Assembly (NCBI RefSeq): GCF_026571515.1
Contig: NW_026860356.1
Location: 124,001 to 188,000, forward strand
Reading direction: 5' to 3'
Length of the DNA stretch: 64,000 nucleotides
Source of the DNA: Ruditapes philippinarum
Lineage: Eukaryota
Made by a program: the position numbers and the translations under genes
Notes under the pieces: model-generated
What the model saw: only the letters and a program-made list of their open reading frames with translations
The model's database searches: none
What the model was told of the DNA's origin: nothing
Shown: positions 13,301 through 28,300 of the stretch, one piece after another
Position numbering within the stretch: the stretch's first letter is position 1
How the letters are laid out: the number at the start of each line of letters is the position of its first letter

Positions 13301-16300
13301 AAAATCATACACATATATTTTCCTTTAAACCTTTCCTATACTTTTTTTTTGGCGTTCAAAGTACGTAATTGTTCGTTCAATTTAAACATTTAAACATTAA
13401 ATGACTCAATAAGAGTAAGAGAAAAGTCGAAGGCAAAAATACATAATGAGAATATGTTCTTTTGTCCCATATACCACATACAAATTCTAACATATGATTT
13501 CTGATAAGATATAATCATATTAGACGTAAATGTATAAAGCAACAACGTAAAATGCTCGTTTTGTTCGGAAGCTTGCATATAACCCCTGAAAATAGCATAG
13601 GTGTTATAATAGGTAAACTTCAAACTCAATTTAACTTAACCAACACGAAAACATTTCTGTTGGAGTATGAACAAAAATAAATTACATTTTTCTTTCCCCT
13701 TTTCATTATAATCCGACTGACAGATGAAATAATCTGCATTATGTTCATTGTTACAATATTCTGATTCCAATGTTCTGTCTATAATAAATGACCGGAAGTT
13801 TGTGCAAGTACAGTCCCCAACTGTTGGCTCACCAATTGCCCTGAAATTTGTGAACGAGGAAATTTTCAATCAAAACATGATAAGCCAAAGTTAATTGAAA
13901 CGAATATACATCTAACACAAAATGAAACATGAATGGAAGAAAACGTGTCAATTGTTAAGTTTAAACGATATAGTTTTTATTGTTCTTAAAACTTTAATAA
14001 ACATTTAGCATAAATACGTGCAACATATGTGTATTGTCGTGTTGTTGTTGTAGCTGCTGATTTTTCTAGGTTTATCTCTATTTTTTTAAATGGACTCCAT
14101 TTGTCTGTCTGTTTATTTTTCGTTTTTCTGTGTAAAAAAACTAAAACATTTTCAGCTACATTTATTGAATAGAAATATCTTAAACATGACCAAACATGAA
14201 GGTGAAAAAGTTAATTATCAGATTTAGTTTAACTAGATATTGTATGTAATGATACTACAACAACATCTACTAAATCTGTTAAATATTTAAGTACTGACCT
14301 AGATCAAAGTATATCTTGTGGGTCTATAGCCAATCGGGTTATTAAGAAGGCCGGTGTAAAACGTAAGATTTTATATAGGAAAACTTAATGTTTAAATATG
14401 TATACTAAACAGCTTTTAGTTTCCTCATTGAAACAATGTCTTTTTTGATTATGCGTGTGCGTCCTTGTATTTGGGGTTGAGTCAAAATCTGAAAAATAGA
14501 CTTCAGGCCTCACAGAATAAAATGGTGAGATTTATACTTAAACTCAGTCCCCGTACTCAAAGGTTGGTTACCAGTACAATTGAATTTCGTTATCCTTGGT
14601 CGTGTACATAAGACACACAATAATAATGCACCTAGTTATTCATATTACCACTTTCAACCTGCAAATGAGGTACACTTTTACTCAACTCGATTTAGAGATA
14701 GTTACAGTCATTCTATTCCCAGAGTTAAGGGTTTCGGAATGAAAACTTTGTATTAAATGGTTATCAGGACTGGAACAGGTAACCAATACAACTTAGATCC
14801 ATAATAAGTCGTAATCGCTTTAAAACAATTTCAAACGGAACATTTATGCATTCAGTATCTGTCTAGTATTTTTAATTCAGTCATTTTACTATAATTGTTT
14901 TACTTATTTTTGTGTTCAGTGTATGAATTTAGTGGTATCTATTCATAGTCAGACATTTTCTGTCATACCTATGACGATAATACATAACATAGTTACCATG
15001 GCGAAAAAATTACTTCATAATTGTTCAACCAAACATAATTTTCTTTCCTATCTGTGACCATTTTGCGCTTCAATCCTGAAATGTGAATACATCAATCCCC
15101 ATAACAGCAAACATCAATATAACTATTTCACTATATATTCAATATATCACTCAAATACAATTTGCGACTACTTACGCACTGATTGCTCGTTACATTAGGC
15201 GGATGTCTTTAGATAGTAAAGTGGTGCTCAACTCAAAAGTAAATGTATAAAAATCATTGCCTAAACTGACAAAACGTTAGAACTTTAAAAATTGTTTCAT
15301 AATAATCCCAATTGCATAAAACTCAGTAAAAGAAGCCAGTTACAAAAAATTGTGTCATATCTTCAAAAGCCAACTCACCTATATGTGCTTTATAGCTTGA
15401 GCCTTTTGAATCACTAATCTCAGCTCTTCGATCAACGTACCTCTGGTCACGAAGTAGGTAATTAATGTACTGTAATTCTTTTGGTGACTGTATTGTTACA
15501 AGACATTGGTCATATTTCCCACAAACAGAACCAGCTTTACTCCAGGACATCGATGACGAAAATATTTTGTAACACTTTTTGAATTTCTGCGAGCAAACTG
15601 CAAAAGTAAAATGATTTTTCATTTCGTGTTCTTAAAACGTTTTGTAAATGTTGAGAATTAAGCTGTATATATAAGCTACTATTACACTGTTCCTTCGTTA
15701 TTATCACATTACTACGTTACGAGATATACACGATGTCAAATGACTTCATTAAACTATTGCCTTGCGCCCTTGATTTATTTTACAAGAATGTTTTTTTATT
15801 CTTTATTAAATTTTAATTTTACTTATTTTGCTTATTCCCGTTTTCAATACTTGTATACAAATAACAATCTTTAAAAAAACTTAATAAGAAATGGTTCCCA
15901 TTTAATGGCGTATTTCAGTAAAACAATGTAACATGTATATTCAATATCATATGCGCTAATATTTACAGTGAAAACAATATGCATCGAACAAATTCTCCAA
16001 AGAATGAAATAAATATAGTTTACATTATTTACAGCTTAAATGGTTTTAAATGGTGATAATTACACACCGGGCATTTCGGACGATCATTTATTTATTTTGT
16101 TGGCATTTAGTTACGACACTGCAAGGTATAATGACAACTCTTTAGCTTTTCCGTTGAAGGAACATGTTATGTATTCATGTCCGACCTTTTCGAAAGCAAG
16201 CTAAATGATTTCCTCACATGACAATGTCCAAAGTCCCCTGGTTCAAAATCACACAGTGAGTTGTTGATTAGACAAATTGAGATTAAAGAAAGAAATAGGA

Positions 16301-19300
16301 CTATATGGATCTTAAAAATAAGTAAGTACCTGTTGTCATAGTTGAGCCCTTCATGTCGCCATCTAAAATGTGAAGTAAAAGTAATATCTTAGTGACTTAA
16401 TAAATCATTGTGTTAGACAAACATTGCAATAACTTCTTACGTAACGATGCATCAGCTGTATTTGCGTGATGCATATTTAGGAATACATGTATATTAGTCG
16501 CATTGTATAATTATACAAGACTGCCTCCGTGGTCGAGGTGTTAGAGTCGATGACTTCTAATCCAGTTACCTCTCTGGCGTGGGTTCGATCCCCGGGAGAT
16601 GCTTTGGTAGTTTAGCGCGGAGGAATGTAGTCTAGTACTGGTGTAACTCTCATGGAACGATGGTTAGGAAACTACCCGCCTATATGACTGAAATACTGTT
16701 GGGAAAAGGCGTAAAATGAAACAAACAATATACAAGAAGTTCATTATCGAATATAGAATTTACTAGCATAATATCAGTATCGTTTAAATAAAATTAAGAA
16801 TGCCATCAATGTAAGTGCTAGATGGTGAGTCCCTAACTTCTTTTGTACCAAAGTGAAGTGATCTCAAAATAATTGGACCCAGCAATACTGTATTGTATAA
16901 TAAACATTCTTTAAATGTGGTTAACAACGAGATAAAAGTAAAATGATAGATTATATCATTTAATGTCTTAAAGATATTGAATAAGTGTATTCAAGTTCAA
17001 TACTTAATTTATTGAAGACTTGGATTAAATTGTTTTATGCGACCTTCTCTCATTCAAAGAGTTCAATAGATTTAAAGTGGCATTATGTTCCTTTTATGCA
17101 TTGTCATGTTGAGCTGAATTAACAATATACTTCAAAAGAGTTACAGATAAAATGGTGATTGACCAACACTTGATCTTAGAAAATGTAAAGGGTAAAAAAT
17201 AAATCTGCCTTAAATATCAAAAAGACTGCCCCCACTATTTTTATCAATTAAATGTTACAAGTTTACGAGAATTGATCAACAAGTTCTTGGTCCGATGTAC
17301 ATCCGGTAGTCAGAGAACCCAAGTAAAAGTCCTACTTTTCAATATAATCGCCCTCTACATCAATGCACTTTGCACCACCTGTGATTCAACGTGTTTAACC
17401 CTTCAAAATAGAACTCTCAATTTTGGTCCTCAAAGAATACATTGCATTGACCGCCTCCATGGCACCTTCATTACTTCCAAAACGTCTACCACGAACTTGT
17501 TTTCTAGTTTGGAAACAGGTAGAAGTCAGAGGGCGCCAAGTCCGGAGGATATGGCGGATGGGGAAGAATTTTAAAGCCACAGTCAGTTGCAGTAGCCATC
17601 GCAACGTTTGGATGTGTGAGCTGGCGCATTGCCGTGCAGGAGCAGAACGCCTTGAGTCAGTTTGCCCCCACCCCCCATTTTACGCGCGATTTCTTAAGGC
17701 AGACGTCTCAATTGGTCTGCATAGTACGTACCGTTTATGGTACCACCTTGCTCGGGATAGTCAATCATGATTATTTCCTGACTATCCCAAAAGATTGAAT
17801 CTTCCCATCTTCTTCCCTGCTGATGACACAGTCTTGAATTACTTCGGAGGGAGTGAGCCGTTTGCTTCTTCTGCTTTTTTGGATTCTCGATCGAAGTGAT
17901 GAATCCATGTTTCTTCTGAGTAACGACCCGGTAGATTAAGTTAGCTTCATCTTCGTTGCGAGGCAAAGGTTATCTTGAAATGTCAAGCCTGGTCTGTTTC
18001 TGGTCGTCAGTCAACTGTCTGGGGACCCATCCAGAGGAAATCTTTGACATGCCATAGACTTCAGTCTGAACCAAAGTTTCATCGTTGGTGGCCTCTTTTG
18101 GCCGCCCAGGCCGCTTTCTCATCTCAAATGCTCTCACTGCCCCTCTTAAATTCAGCAGCCCATTTTTTCACAGTTCTATAGGAAGGGGACTGATATTAAC
18201 TTACTCTATTTGATCTTAATGACACAGGCCTCTACTGATCAAAGTGTGTTTTACGTTACTTAATATGTGTACAACCGGTCAGTAATCTTCAATAAGATAT
18301 CGGTATCGACATAAGATATCGGTATCGACGTATCGTGTGTAAATGTCAGTGTGGTGGCTAGAAGTATATCTGGCCTAGAACGTTTTGATCATTCCTCGTA
18401 TTCCGCTTCATAATTTCAGAAATTCCCTTGGGTCATGTTTACCGATCATGAGAATTTATTCATAAAAATGAAAGGAGTTATGATAAAATGTAAACTTATT
18501 TTGACTTTCATCTGTTCACTCATTATATACCCTTGGGCTTAAAGTAAAACGCTAACATTAAGTGCGTCTTTTACACTTTGTTGGCGAAACGTAAATGATG
18601 GCGCGTCATAATACAAGCACAACCGTTCAACACTGATGTTTAGGAGTTGCAAAAGTGGTACGGGGTGTAAATTAAAGTGAATAGAAGTAACTTTACTTGA
18701 ATATATATTAGATAAGTCATTTCAAATAAATCTACCTGTTTTTGAGGAAATTTCGGTCCAGTTGGCTAAAGAGTAGTTTTTTGTCCTGTAATGTAATCGA
18801 AATCCCTCCTTTCCTATAAAGGCTTTAGTTGGGTCTTCGTATTTACGAAATACAATCAACAAAGTTTCTTCTTCGGAACTGATTTTTTCCGGAGGTTTAT
18901 TTGTGTTGCAGTATGTATTTTCTTTGTCGCCATTTCTTTCAATTATTTTGAAGCGAGAGCGACTCTCAGTTATTTCTAAAAAATATAGGACGTTCATAGT
19001 TTTCAATAATCAAACGATTACATAGATGATGTATTGACAATAGTAACTCAAGTGAAACCTAAAACGTAGAATTCAGTGTTTTTATTGTATTCTATGTGTT
19101 TAAAATAGATTTTTAAATCTATAACGCAGATATTTAATTACTTTTCTCCGAAGATTACTGAAAATTGTATGACGCATCTTTTCAGAAGAACAGGAAATTC
19201 TTTTCGATTTCTACAAACAAAGTCTTTATTAGTTTGACAACTGAATTGTTTGCGGTCCAGTACTTTAATATCACGAATTTTCAAATGCCATTCATTGTAA

Positions 19301-22300
19301 AGCTGTGAACATCACCAGGAGAAGAAAATTTAGTCAGTGAAATGTTGCAAGTAATAAGATTTAGGAAAACGATGCTTACCTATCGGGCATACGATATAAA
19401 AGTCTATAAACTCAATCTCGATGCCGTGATGATTTTTAGCCCGGATCCTAAACCTTTCTTCAAAATTGTCAAACGGATTATTCAAAATCGACATTGACGT
19501 GAGTATCATTTCTGGATTTATGCAAAACTCTTTCCTTCCATTGCTCCAATTCACGTTTGGACCGATGGATAAACAAGCTGGAATATCTAAAACACCAATT
19601 CACATCATCCTTTAAAACCAGTTTTTGCATGAAGAATTAAGGTTATAGGTATTAAGTAACTTTGTTTGATATATGTTTGAATGATATACCTGTTTTATAA
19701 AAATTAAGTCACATACTTATATTACTTATATAGAAGAGCGAACGTAAATGTGGCTGAAAATCCCATTTCATTTTGATTATAACTTACCTTCTTTCGTTAC
19801 AACTGCACGAAACCTACTTCCTTTGAATTTATGAAAACACAGTTGAAATGTTATAACTAAAAAAGTCTTGTTTGTTTCAATAATAAATACTCTTTCGTTA
19901 AAATTGTTATCAATTTCAGTCCCATTTAATTGCTCCTGTAAATCTGTTCCTAGAATGAGTTTGTCGTCACAGCCATCATCATCATTAAGCACCTGAAGTG
20001 AAAAGATAATGATAATTGAGCGTGATAATATATTCATTTTATATATAACACTTTTATTAATGTATATAATTATATATTTATTTTACACTTTTAGCATATC
20101 TAATGTTCAATACTCATTCGCCGGGTTACCTCAAGAGGGATATCATCGGATTTGTAATTTAGGGGTCGCCGACATGGTCTTTAATTTTGCAGTAATCTTT
20201 CAGATAGCATGGGGGACCAGGACTACTAGTCGGTACTTTGCAGAGTAATTCTTAATTATTGATCACCTTCCCAGGAGAGCAGGTTAGGTGGACAAACCGC
20301 CATGATATCACCAAAAAGATGTCAAATCAGCGTAATAAAGCAGACAAAGAAATACGCAGACTTACAAGGTCATCTCTTAAGCATTTTTAACACAAAACAC
20401 ATTTTGATTTTCAAAAAATTTATACTTCTTTTGTACAACAAAAATGTTGCTGTTGTCAAAACAACACATTCGTTTTATGATTTTTAGATTATGCTCAAGG
20501 AAAGATATAAAACACAATAACAGACTGACAATAATGTGTCACAAATTTTGGTGTTTGTGAAATGTTTTCTAGAATTTAGTGCTCAGCAAAATAAAATGAG
20601 CAGCCCAAATAAAAGGTGGTAAGATGTATTTGCTTGCGGACATAAAACAGTAAACTCACTAGTGTCTAGGATTTTATTTTCGAAAAGCCTCCTTACACCA
20701 AAGCAAAAACCATTAACATCATCTTGTGCATTCTTGAGATTTTAGGAGGATTCGTCATCATTATTTAAATTTCGTTATACATAGACGGTGGTTATCGTAT
20801 TGCGATTGCCAATCGAAAAGCCTTTCGTTTAACTGACGCAAAAGATCGCAACTGGCAACTGTCGGCTCATGATTGGCTAATTTATATAACCGAAGATTCT
20901 AACCGATACCATGAAAACTTGTGCGAATTGTAGCTATTTAAAACACGACATTCATGACGGACAAAAGCAAATGAGTTTAGAAAATTAACAGAACAAGCTG
21001 AAAAGCGAATAATTACAAAACTGTGACATGAGCATACACGTACAAGCTAATCATAACTTATTTAAATTTCATACGTAATTTAACGCTCTTTAAGAGTACA
21101 CTTTTGCGTTTTGTTTTTCATGATTTCTTTAGTTGGTTTTAATGTTTAAAAGCAAAAACATGTTCAGATGATAAATGTGCATATTTAACTTAAACTGATA
21201 TTTATGCATAAGAATTGTATATGTCTTAAGATAGCTTAATAACATAACATTGTATATTTACTTAAAATTTCTCTATTTAAAATCATTCTCTATTATCGTT
21301 GCCAAAACAGGTGTAAGTCTTGGAGCGCGTTGCTTTAATATTAACCAGTTTAAGTACATGTTTGTAATGAAATTGAGACATAGCACATCATATGTAGAGG
21401 AAAAGATAGCTGCATCAGTGCAAAAATGGCATGTTTGAAAAGTTCATGGTAGAGCTCAGGAAAAATCGTATAAAGAAATATTCGAAATATTTAAGAATAT
21501 TTGAAAGGGTTAGTCATAACAACTGTTACGGATTGCCTTAGATTCAAGTAATAAGTTAGCTGTCACACATTGTATTCTGGTGTACTTGTTTAATATATAA
21601 GCAGTACGCCGGAATACACTCTTTGTAACAGTCAAAGAACACAATGTTTGAAATGGGTAGAGAATTCGTTCTCAGTAATGACAAATGTTCAAAAACACTA
21701 GGACCGACTTAAGCGGTAAACATTTGCTGCTGTAATTATAAAATAATAAGTTAGTTATGTTAATGTTTATGAGAATGAATAACGTGTTGAAAATGTTATT
21801 CCGGAAGAATATAAAGAGACACAAGACCATAGTTTTATTTAAACAAATCTGAACATTTATGACTACACATCTGAAATGTTTGGCAAATCTGGTTTCTTCT
21901 GTCATAACTGTAAAGTTGCAAACAAGTTTGTACGGAACGACCTCTTAAATGGTAATTGTAAGTCCATATAGATTCTACTATTTTCAACATTTACTATAAC
22001 CGCTGCAGAACAGCCAACGGTAGAGCAATAACAACAACAATTTACAATAAATTAACCTGTTTAAAGCAACACTTTTCAGGGGCAACTAAAATGTTTGTCT
22101 TCCAGAGAATGTTGCTCTGCAGAGGTTTTAATGTATTTACTTTACGGCAAAAATGCATATGGCTTTTCACTTCAGAATATTTAATGCATTATATTTCCTG
22201 TAGATAGAATATAGCAATTATATTCTTCAGACCTACAACCCTTTATCAAAATAATCGAAAGTATCAGAGAATATTTCGTGCACCTTCGTAAATATTCCCA

Positions 22301-25300
22301 AATAATAACAAAAGATTTGTGTATGGTCACATTCGTGTATTTACGCTACTAATGAATGTTCACGAGACAATACGCTTTCTGATAACGCTTTGAGTTTGAA
22401 ACACTTCGGTAAATACTTGTAATAGATAATTCAAACAAACTTACCGTTCGTTAAATTTCAATTGTCATTGTAAACTTCGGTCAATATTTACAAATTTTAC
22501 AATTACATCAAATTTGCAAAGCTTCGTTTAATCAAATTGCTCAAAAGAACACTGTAAAAGTCCAAAAAGTGTATAGTCTTACCATTTGGTTCAACGTGAT
22601 GTTTGTGAAGATTAATTTCACATAGTGCTGATGATTAAAATCTATTATCCATGAATAACAGTAGTCACTTCCTGTCAGAAAAGGATAGCCTATAGACATT
22701 ATTATTGAAGACTTTTGAACATATAATGCGTTCGTTATTATCGTTGCATGGTCCTCTTTAAAACTTGGAAACAGGTCAACAGCATCTGAAGGAAACGTAT
22801 ATTATCCAATATTAGGTTACTTTTTATGTTTTTTTCTTTTTTTTCTGTTTATTATTTCCATAGTCAATAAACGTAAAAGATATTTGATATTAACTAGAAA
22901 TGTGTCGTTACGCCACGGATGCCCCCGTATGCAGCCACAATTTTAAATGTTATAATAATATTTGCTCCAAATTTGTTTGCAAAAACTTTTTTTTGTTCAT
23001 TCTAAGTTCAAACCACTTAAACCATCCAATGTTTACACAAACCATTTTATACAAAGTTAAAGGCCATGAAACTATTCAGTGTCAACCTTGCAAATTGCAT
23101 TTTGCATATTTGTAGCCGAGATAATGACTACATACATTTCCACAAATGGGTGCGGAAACATAAAAATTCATTTTTTTCCAACTTTCAAGAGAGATAACTT
23201 TGTCCAAAATCATCGAACTAGGACCATTTTCAAATTTGGCCTGCTAATTTCTAAGTTGTCTATATGACAAATTCCAGTTGAAAGTGTACAACTGTTGGGG
23301 AGATAATGAACGGAAACCAAAAAACTATTTTTCGTCAAAGAGCGATAATACTGACAGAAATCAGCAAACCAACACCAACATTTTAACTTGAACTGTGCAT
23401 TCCTTTGACGTATCGATACATTCAATTTGAGTTGGGTTCAACTGTTGGGAAGATAATGAACGGAACATTTTATGGCGGGGGCATAAAAAGAAAGTGTCTT
23501 TACGCTTGCACTTGTACTGTGAACGTTTGCTTGTAAATGTATCATAGCAATATAGTTATATGTCAATTAATAGGGTGTTCGTGGGACAAGAAAACAATAT
23601 TGTATTATCTAAAATGTTTCAAGTGATTAATATAAGGACTGAAACTACCAGTTAATCAGCCGAAGACATACTATATGTTTAACATCATTTAATGTTTATA
23701 CGGTTTCTGTTCAGGTTGGTTGTATATTGAGCCTTATACATTTCTTACCAATTCTTAGCTGTGAGTATGAAGTTTCGTGCTAAATTAAACAACGTCTTTT
23801 TAAGTAAAATCAGGAATTTAAGATAAAATATCAAGCTAGGATCTGATTTCAATTGTCTATATGAAAACTGAATGTCAAACACAGAATTAAGGAATCTAAA
23901 ATGGTGAAAACTCTGGAAAACAGAAGAATTTTCGAGAGCAATGAAACAAAATATCAATGATGAATATTGCAGACTCAGTTGGTTTGTGTCGGATAATGAG
24001 TTGTCGTGAAAGGTGTTATATCTCTCAGGGCACAAGCAATGACTTCACAGTTTTTTTATTCTAAGCTATAAACTTATTGGGGTCAATGATACCGAGGGAC
24101 GACAAAAATAGAACAATACTTAGATGCAAGAATAACACTTTTAAAAGCTGCAACACATCCGGTACGTCCTTTATAAAAGTGATAACAATTGCTTAAACTG
24201 GTGTTTATTGCTTCCACGAGGTGTCAGTATTCAATATAAGGTATACGGTATGTCCAGAATGCTAATGGCATAAAGATGCCAAAGCTGTTTATTTTTTTAA
24301 TTAAGTATCACTATTTATATCCTATTTTTTGTTGGAAAATATCTCACCTATCGTACACGTTTTAGCTGTTAAATGTTTAAAGTCAATCTGAATCTGTGGC
24401 CTGTCATTGTTGCCAATGTCGTCATAATCCGATGTGTAATCTATGGTCATATCATCTTTATGTTCGTTAAAATAGTTACTAGACGCATAATCACTTGATG
24501 AAGTGAGATGTGCACCGTCCCCCGAGCTTTCGTCGGTGTGATCAACACTAAAATCTTTATCAGGTGTTTTTATGTTGTGGACACATTCCAGCGAGATTGG
24601 CATTCCTGTAATATTAAAATGGCACTGATTGCGAAGCGAATGAATGGCCGACAGCCTATACCCCTGTGTTTAAATAGTCTCGTTAAACTTTTGTAAGAGT
24701 AAAAGACATATTATTAGTTTTTTGTTGTTGTTTTCTGTATTTTTGTTGTTGTTTTTTTTATGTTTGTTTATTTGTGTTTTTTATGTTTGTTTATTTGATT
24801 AGGTTTTGTTAATGTTACATTTTGATTTGGTTTGGTTAATGTCATATTCACTTCTAAGACATACAGTCCTCTTATCTTTCCTTATATTTACTCGAGTATA
24901 CCAACCAAATGTTGGTACGTCCTAAATATCTCAATAAAGCACTTGCTCAACAGCTTTATTTAGTATCAGAGCAGATGTATTCGTACTAAATGTGAGTCAA
25001 CCGAATTGGGAAAAGAGTATTGTGTACAGTACCGGTCTACTTATTATGGATTAACAGTTGATTGAAAAATATAAGAAAAAGAATATGAATACCTGAACGT
25101 TTACACCCATGAATTTCAAATTGAAGACATATTTCTTCCGCCTCGCCACTTTCATTTAATTCCAACTTGATCAAACGTGCAGTAATTGAGGTTTGAAGCA
25201 AAAATGATCTATGCTTGCGAGACGTTGATTGGTCAAAATCAGTTTTCAACTATAACATAAAGCAAACAATGCGAAGCAATAATGCATACTTAGACACATG

Positions 25301-28300
25301 GATACATGTGCACGTAATTAGATTTTCCATCAGAACTATTATAAAATACTTGCTTCTGAAAGAAAATCATCACTGCTGTTTTTCATACGAGGAATGTTTA
25401 AAAATGAATGCATCTTAGCACTTAAAACTTGACTCTTCATAGGTTCCATTGATTTTTTATTTTGTTCTCTCAACGGATTCACCTCTAGCATATGTACAAA
25501 GTTTCAGACTCCAGATTCAATCTTTGAAGGCAATTGCATAGTCTTCTTAGGTATAATATGAAGATGTCACAGGTCTTGAAATATATCTATAGTATCCTTA
25601 TATTCCCAAAATACTGATACCAACATTTAAGCAGTACGCCATAAAATTGTAAATCGAATACTCAACGTGATTAATAATAGCACTGTCTTTTCACCTTTCC
25701 TCTTTACTTATCTTGTTATTAAAATGGTTTTCTTCGATGCACACATGTTGACCAGTAGGATGAAATCAATAAATTAACTATGATAGAATAATATGATTTG
25801 CTACAGTTTAAAGTTGATTTGATCTGTCATGCCATGGCCCCAGTGTCCTAGTCGTGAGAGGAAAGTGTGGCGCCTCGGCAACAAAGACACAGGAAACTTG
25901 CATAACTGAGGTGTTTGCACTTAACAATGTAAACCGGAAAACTTATGTTTTAGCTTCGGAGACAGAAAAGAAATCATGGTCAGGTGAATACAGTTAATGG
26001 GGAGAGCATAACTGCATTTGTTTCCTTCAGAAAGTATTGCACTTTAAACGTCTTATGCGATGCCGCGTTACCATGCAGCAATTTGACAATGGCCAAACCT
26101 GTCGCGCGTCTTCGTTTTCGAAATCATTTGTTTAGTTTGCGAAGTTTCGTTTTGTCTTGAAAAATTTCGAATTAACAGATTCGCCTTTTGGGAACATCAA
26201 CTTGAATGAGGGACCATGAGTTGTAAAGAAAATGGCGTACATTACCTTCTTTATACTGATGTCGTATTTGCAATGCATGGTTCTTAGCCAAACTTTATAG
26301 CCCAAATCTTTTTTTATTTTATCGAAATAAACACATGTTTGTCAACAATGTTCGCATTTTTAAAAGACCGTACATTGTAGTTTGGAAACTGTTTAAGCAA
26401 CACCTTAGCGAATTGTACGCGATTCTTTTTCTGCTCATCGTTCAGCAAATTCATTTATCATAGATCTTTCTTAATAAAAAACATAATTTTAAGTAACGTT
26501 TGAGAATTGTATAAGCTACTACTATTAAGATTTCAACGATACAATTTGCCTTGTGGTGTATCGTACATCGATATTTACTATTTCTTTCACTTGAGCAAAC
26601 ATCTTGACAAACGTTGCTTGGGGGGGGGGGCAACAGTCATGGGGTGTATGTTCTGTCTAAATTAACCCAGATTTAAATTCATTAAACCAACGAATAACTG
26701 ATAAAAAAGGCTTTCATTTTGTCGACATACAGAGCACATTTCACCCTATGCCAAGGAGGCAACGATTTTTAAATTAAGACCGTGTTAAAATGGCAAACTT
26801 TGATCTTTTACCAACCATTTTTGTATTATACTACACGAGTAGTCAATGTAAAACGAGTATAAATATAGCAGAAGTAAACGGATTTTATGAATGTGATATC
26901 GATGTATACCTGGCATGTATTTTTATGAAATAAACTTCATGTTCTTGTGTTTATCGCAAAATAACAATAAAACGTCCTGGAGGTCCAGGCATTCATATAT
27001 GAACTCTCTTCGAAGACAGGTCTGGGTTACCTTAAGTTTATGCGGCAATCATGAACAAAAACGAAACAGTGGCATGACATAGTTAATGTAGGTAATCCTG
27101 AATCACTTGCATCAATGCGTTACTTAGTAATTGTATTTCATCATAATTGTATTGTGTTGTATTAACTTTTCGCAAATAATACTTTTGAAGAAGACCGCAA
27201 TTTGTCTATTTAATGAAAAAAGGGGATATGTCACATTTTCTAAATATATGAACGCCGTAATAAATGCTTAAATTTAAGTATTTTCAGAACCAAATACACT
27301 TTACAAAAATGGTAGATGCTGCATATGAATTCGATACAATTGATATAATAAGATATTAATTTTATAGTTGACGGTCAAATTTGGTTAGACTGTTTCCAAA
27401 ACCCAAGTGATGCATGTGTTTGTTTGACATAAATGTGAAACAGTTCATTATAATCTAATACATTACCTTTTCGCTACAAATTTTTAAGTTATTTGTCTGA
27501 TTCCCATACAGAAGACGGAATGAGTTCCAGCTTCCTCTTGAATGAATATTTGCTCCATTTGAAGCATATATTGTAACCCCTTCAATTTTCGTTACTACCA
27601 TTAAATCAACCTAAAATCAAATATTCACTTAAAATAATCTGTTCATTTAAATTACTGAACACATGACAAAATGTTTAAACGTTAAGTTTAATAAACAGCT
27701 GTTAAACAAAACGTGGGAGAACTGTTTAGATCTTTCTGTATACAAACAGCGAAATGTTGCAGCTTTTATTTGTTTATCTTTGGTTAAAAATACTGTTCGT
27801 CTTAAAAATTACATTCTACAACAGCTTTATGATATTAGCAAGTATAACATATCTATATAAGTATGGCTTTTGATTTTCAAAATATTTCTTTTAAAAATGA
27901 CGCTGTACATATATCAAGAAAAACGCTTATTTTGAGTGATATGATGGAATTTTGATTTTCAAACCATAATCCACGGATTTGCATCCTTCACTTTGATATG
28001 GCACCAACCAGTTGAGGAAGGTCTTGAAGCAAACGGTTGATAAAGTTCTGACCGTGATGAGGCAAATATTTGATTATTTTGAATACTCCCATCACTCATT
28101 CCAAGATCTTCATTACATAATTCTCCATTCACTGTAAAAAATGTTACAATGTTTTGTTATTTATTTTATCTACCACTTTAATATACTCTTATTACTGTAA
28201 AATACGTATGCATTTCGTTTTAATACTTAATATATTGAACGAATTTGGATAAATTATATTACGCGAATCACTGACCAGTTCAATAAAATTTGTAATGTAA

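Noticed and set aside
23745-24035. 96-aa ORF / possible small exon near 23750
   Set aside because: It has no domain signal, and its phase would break the otherwise direct 24348-to-22785 join.
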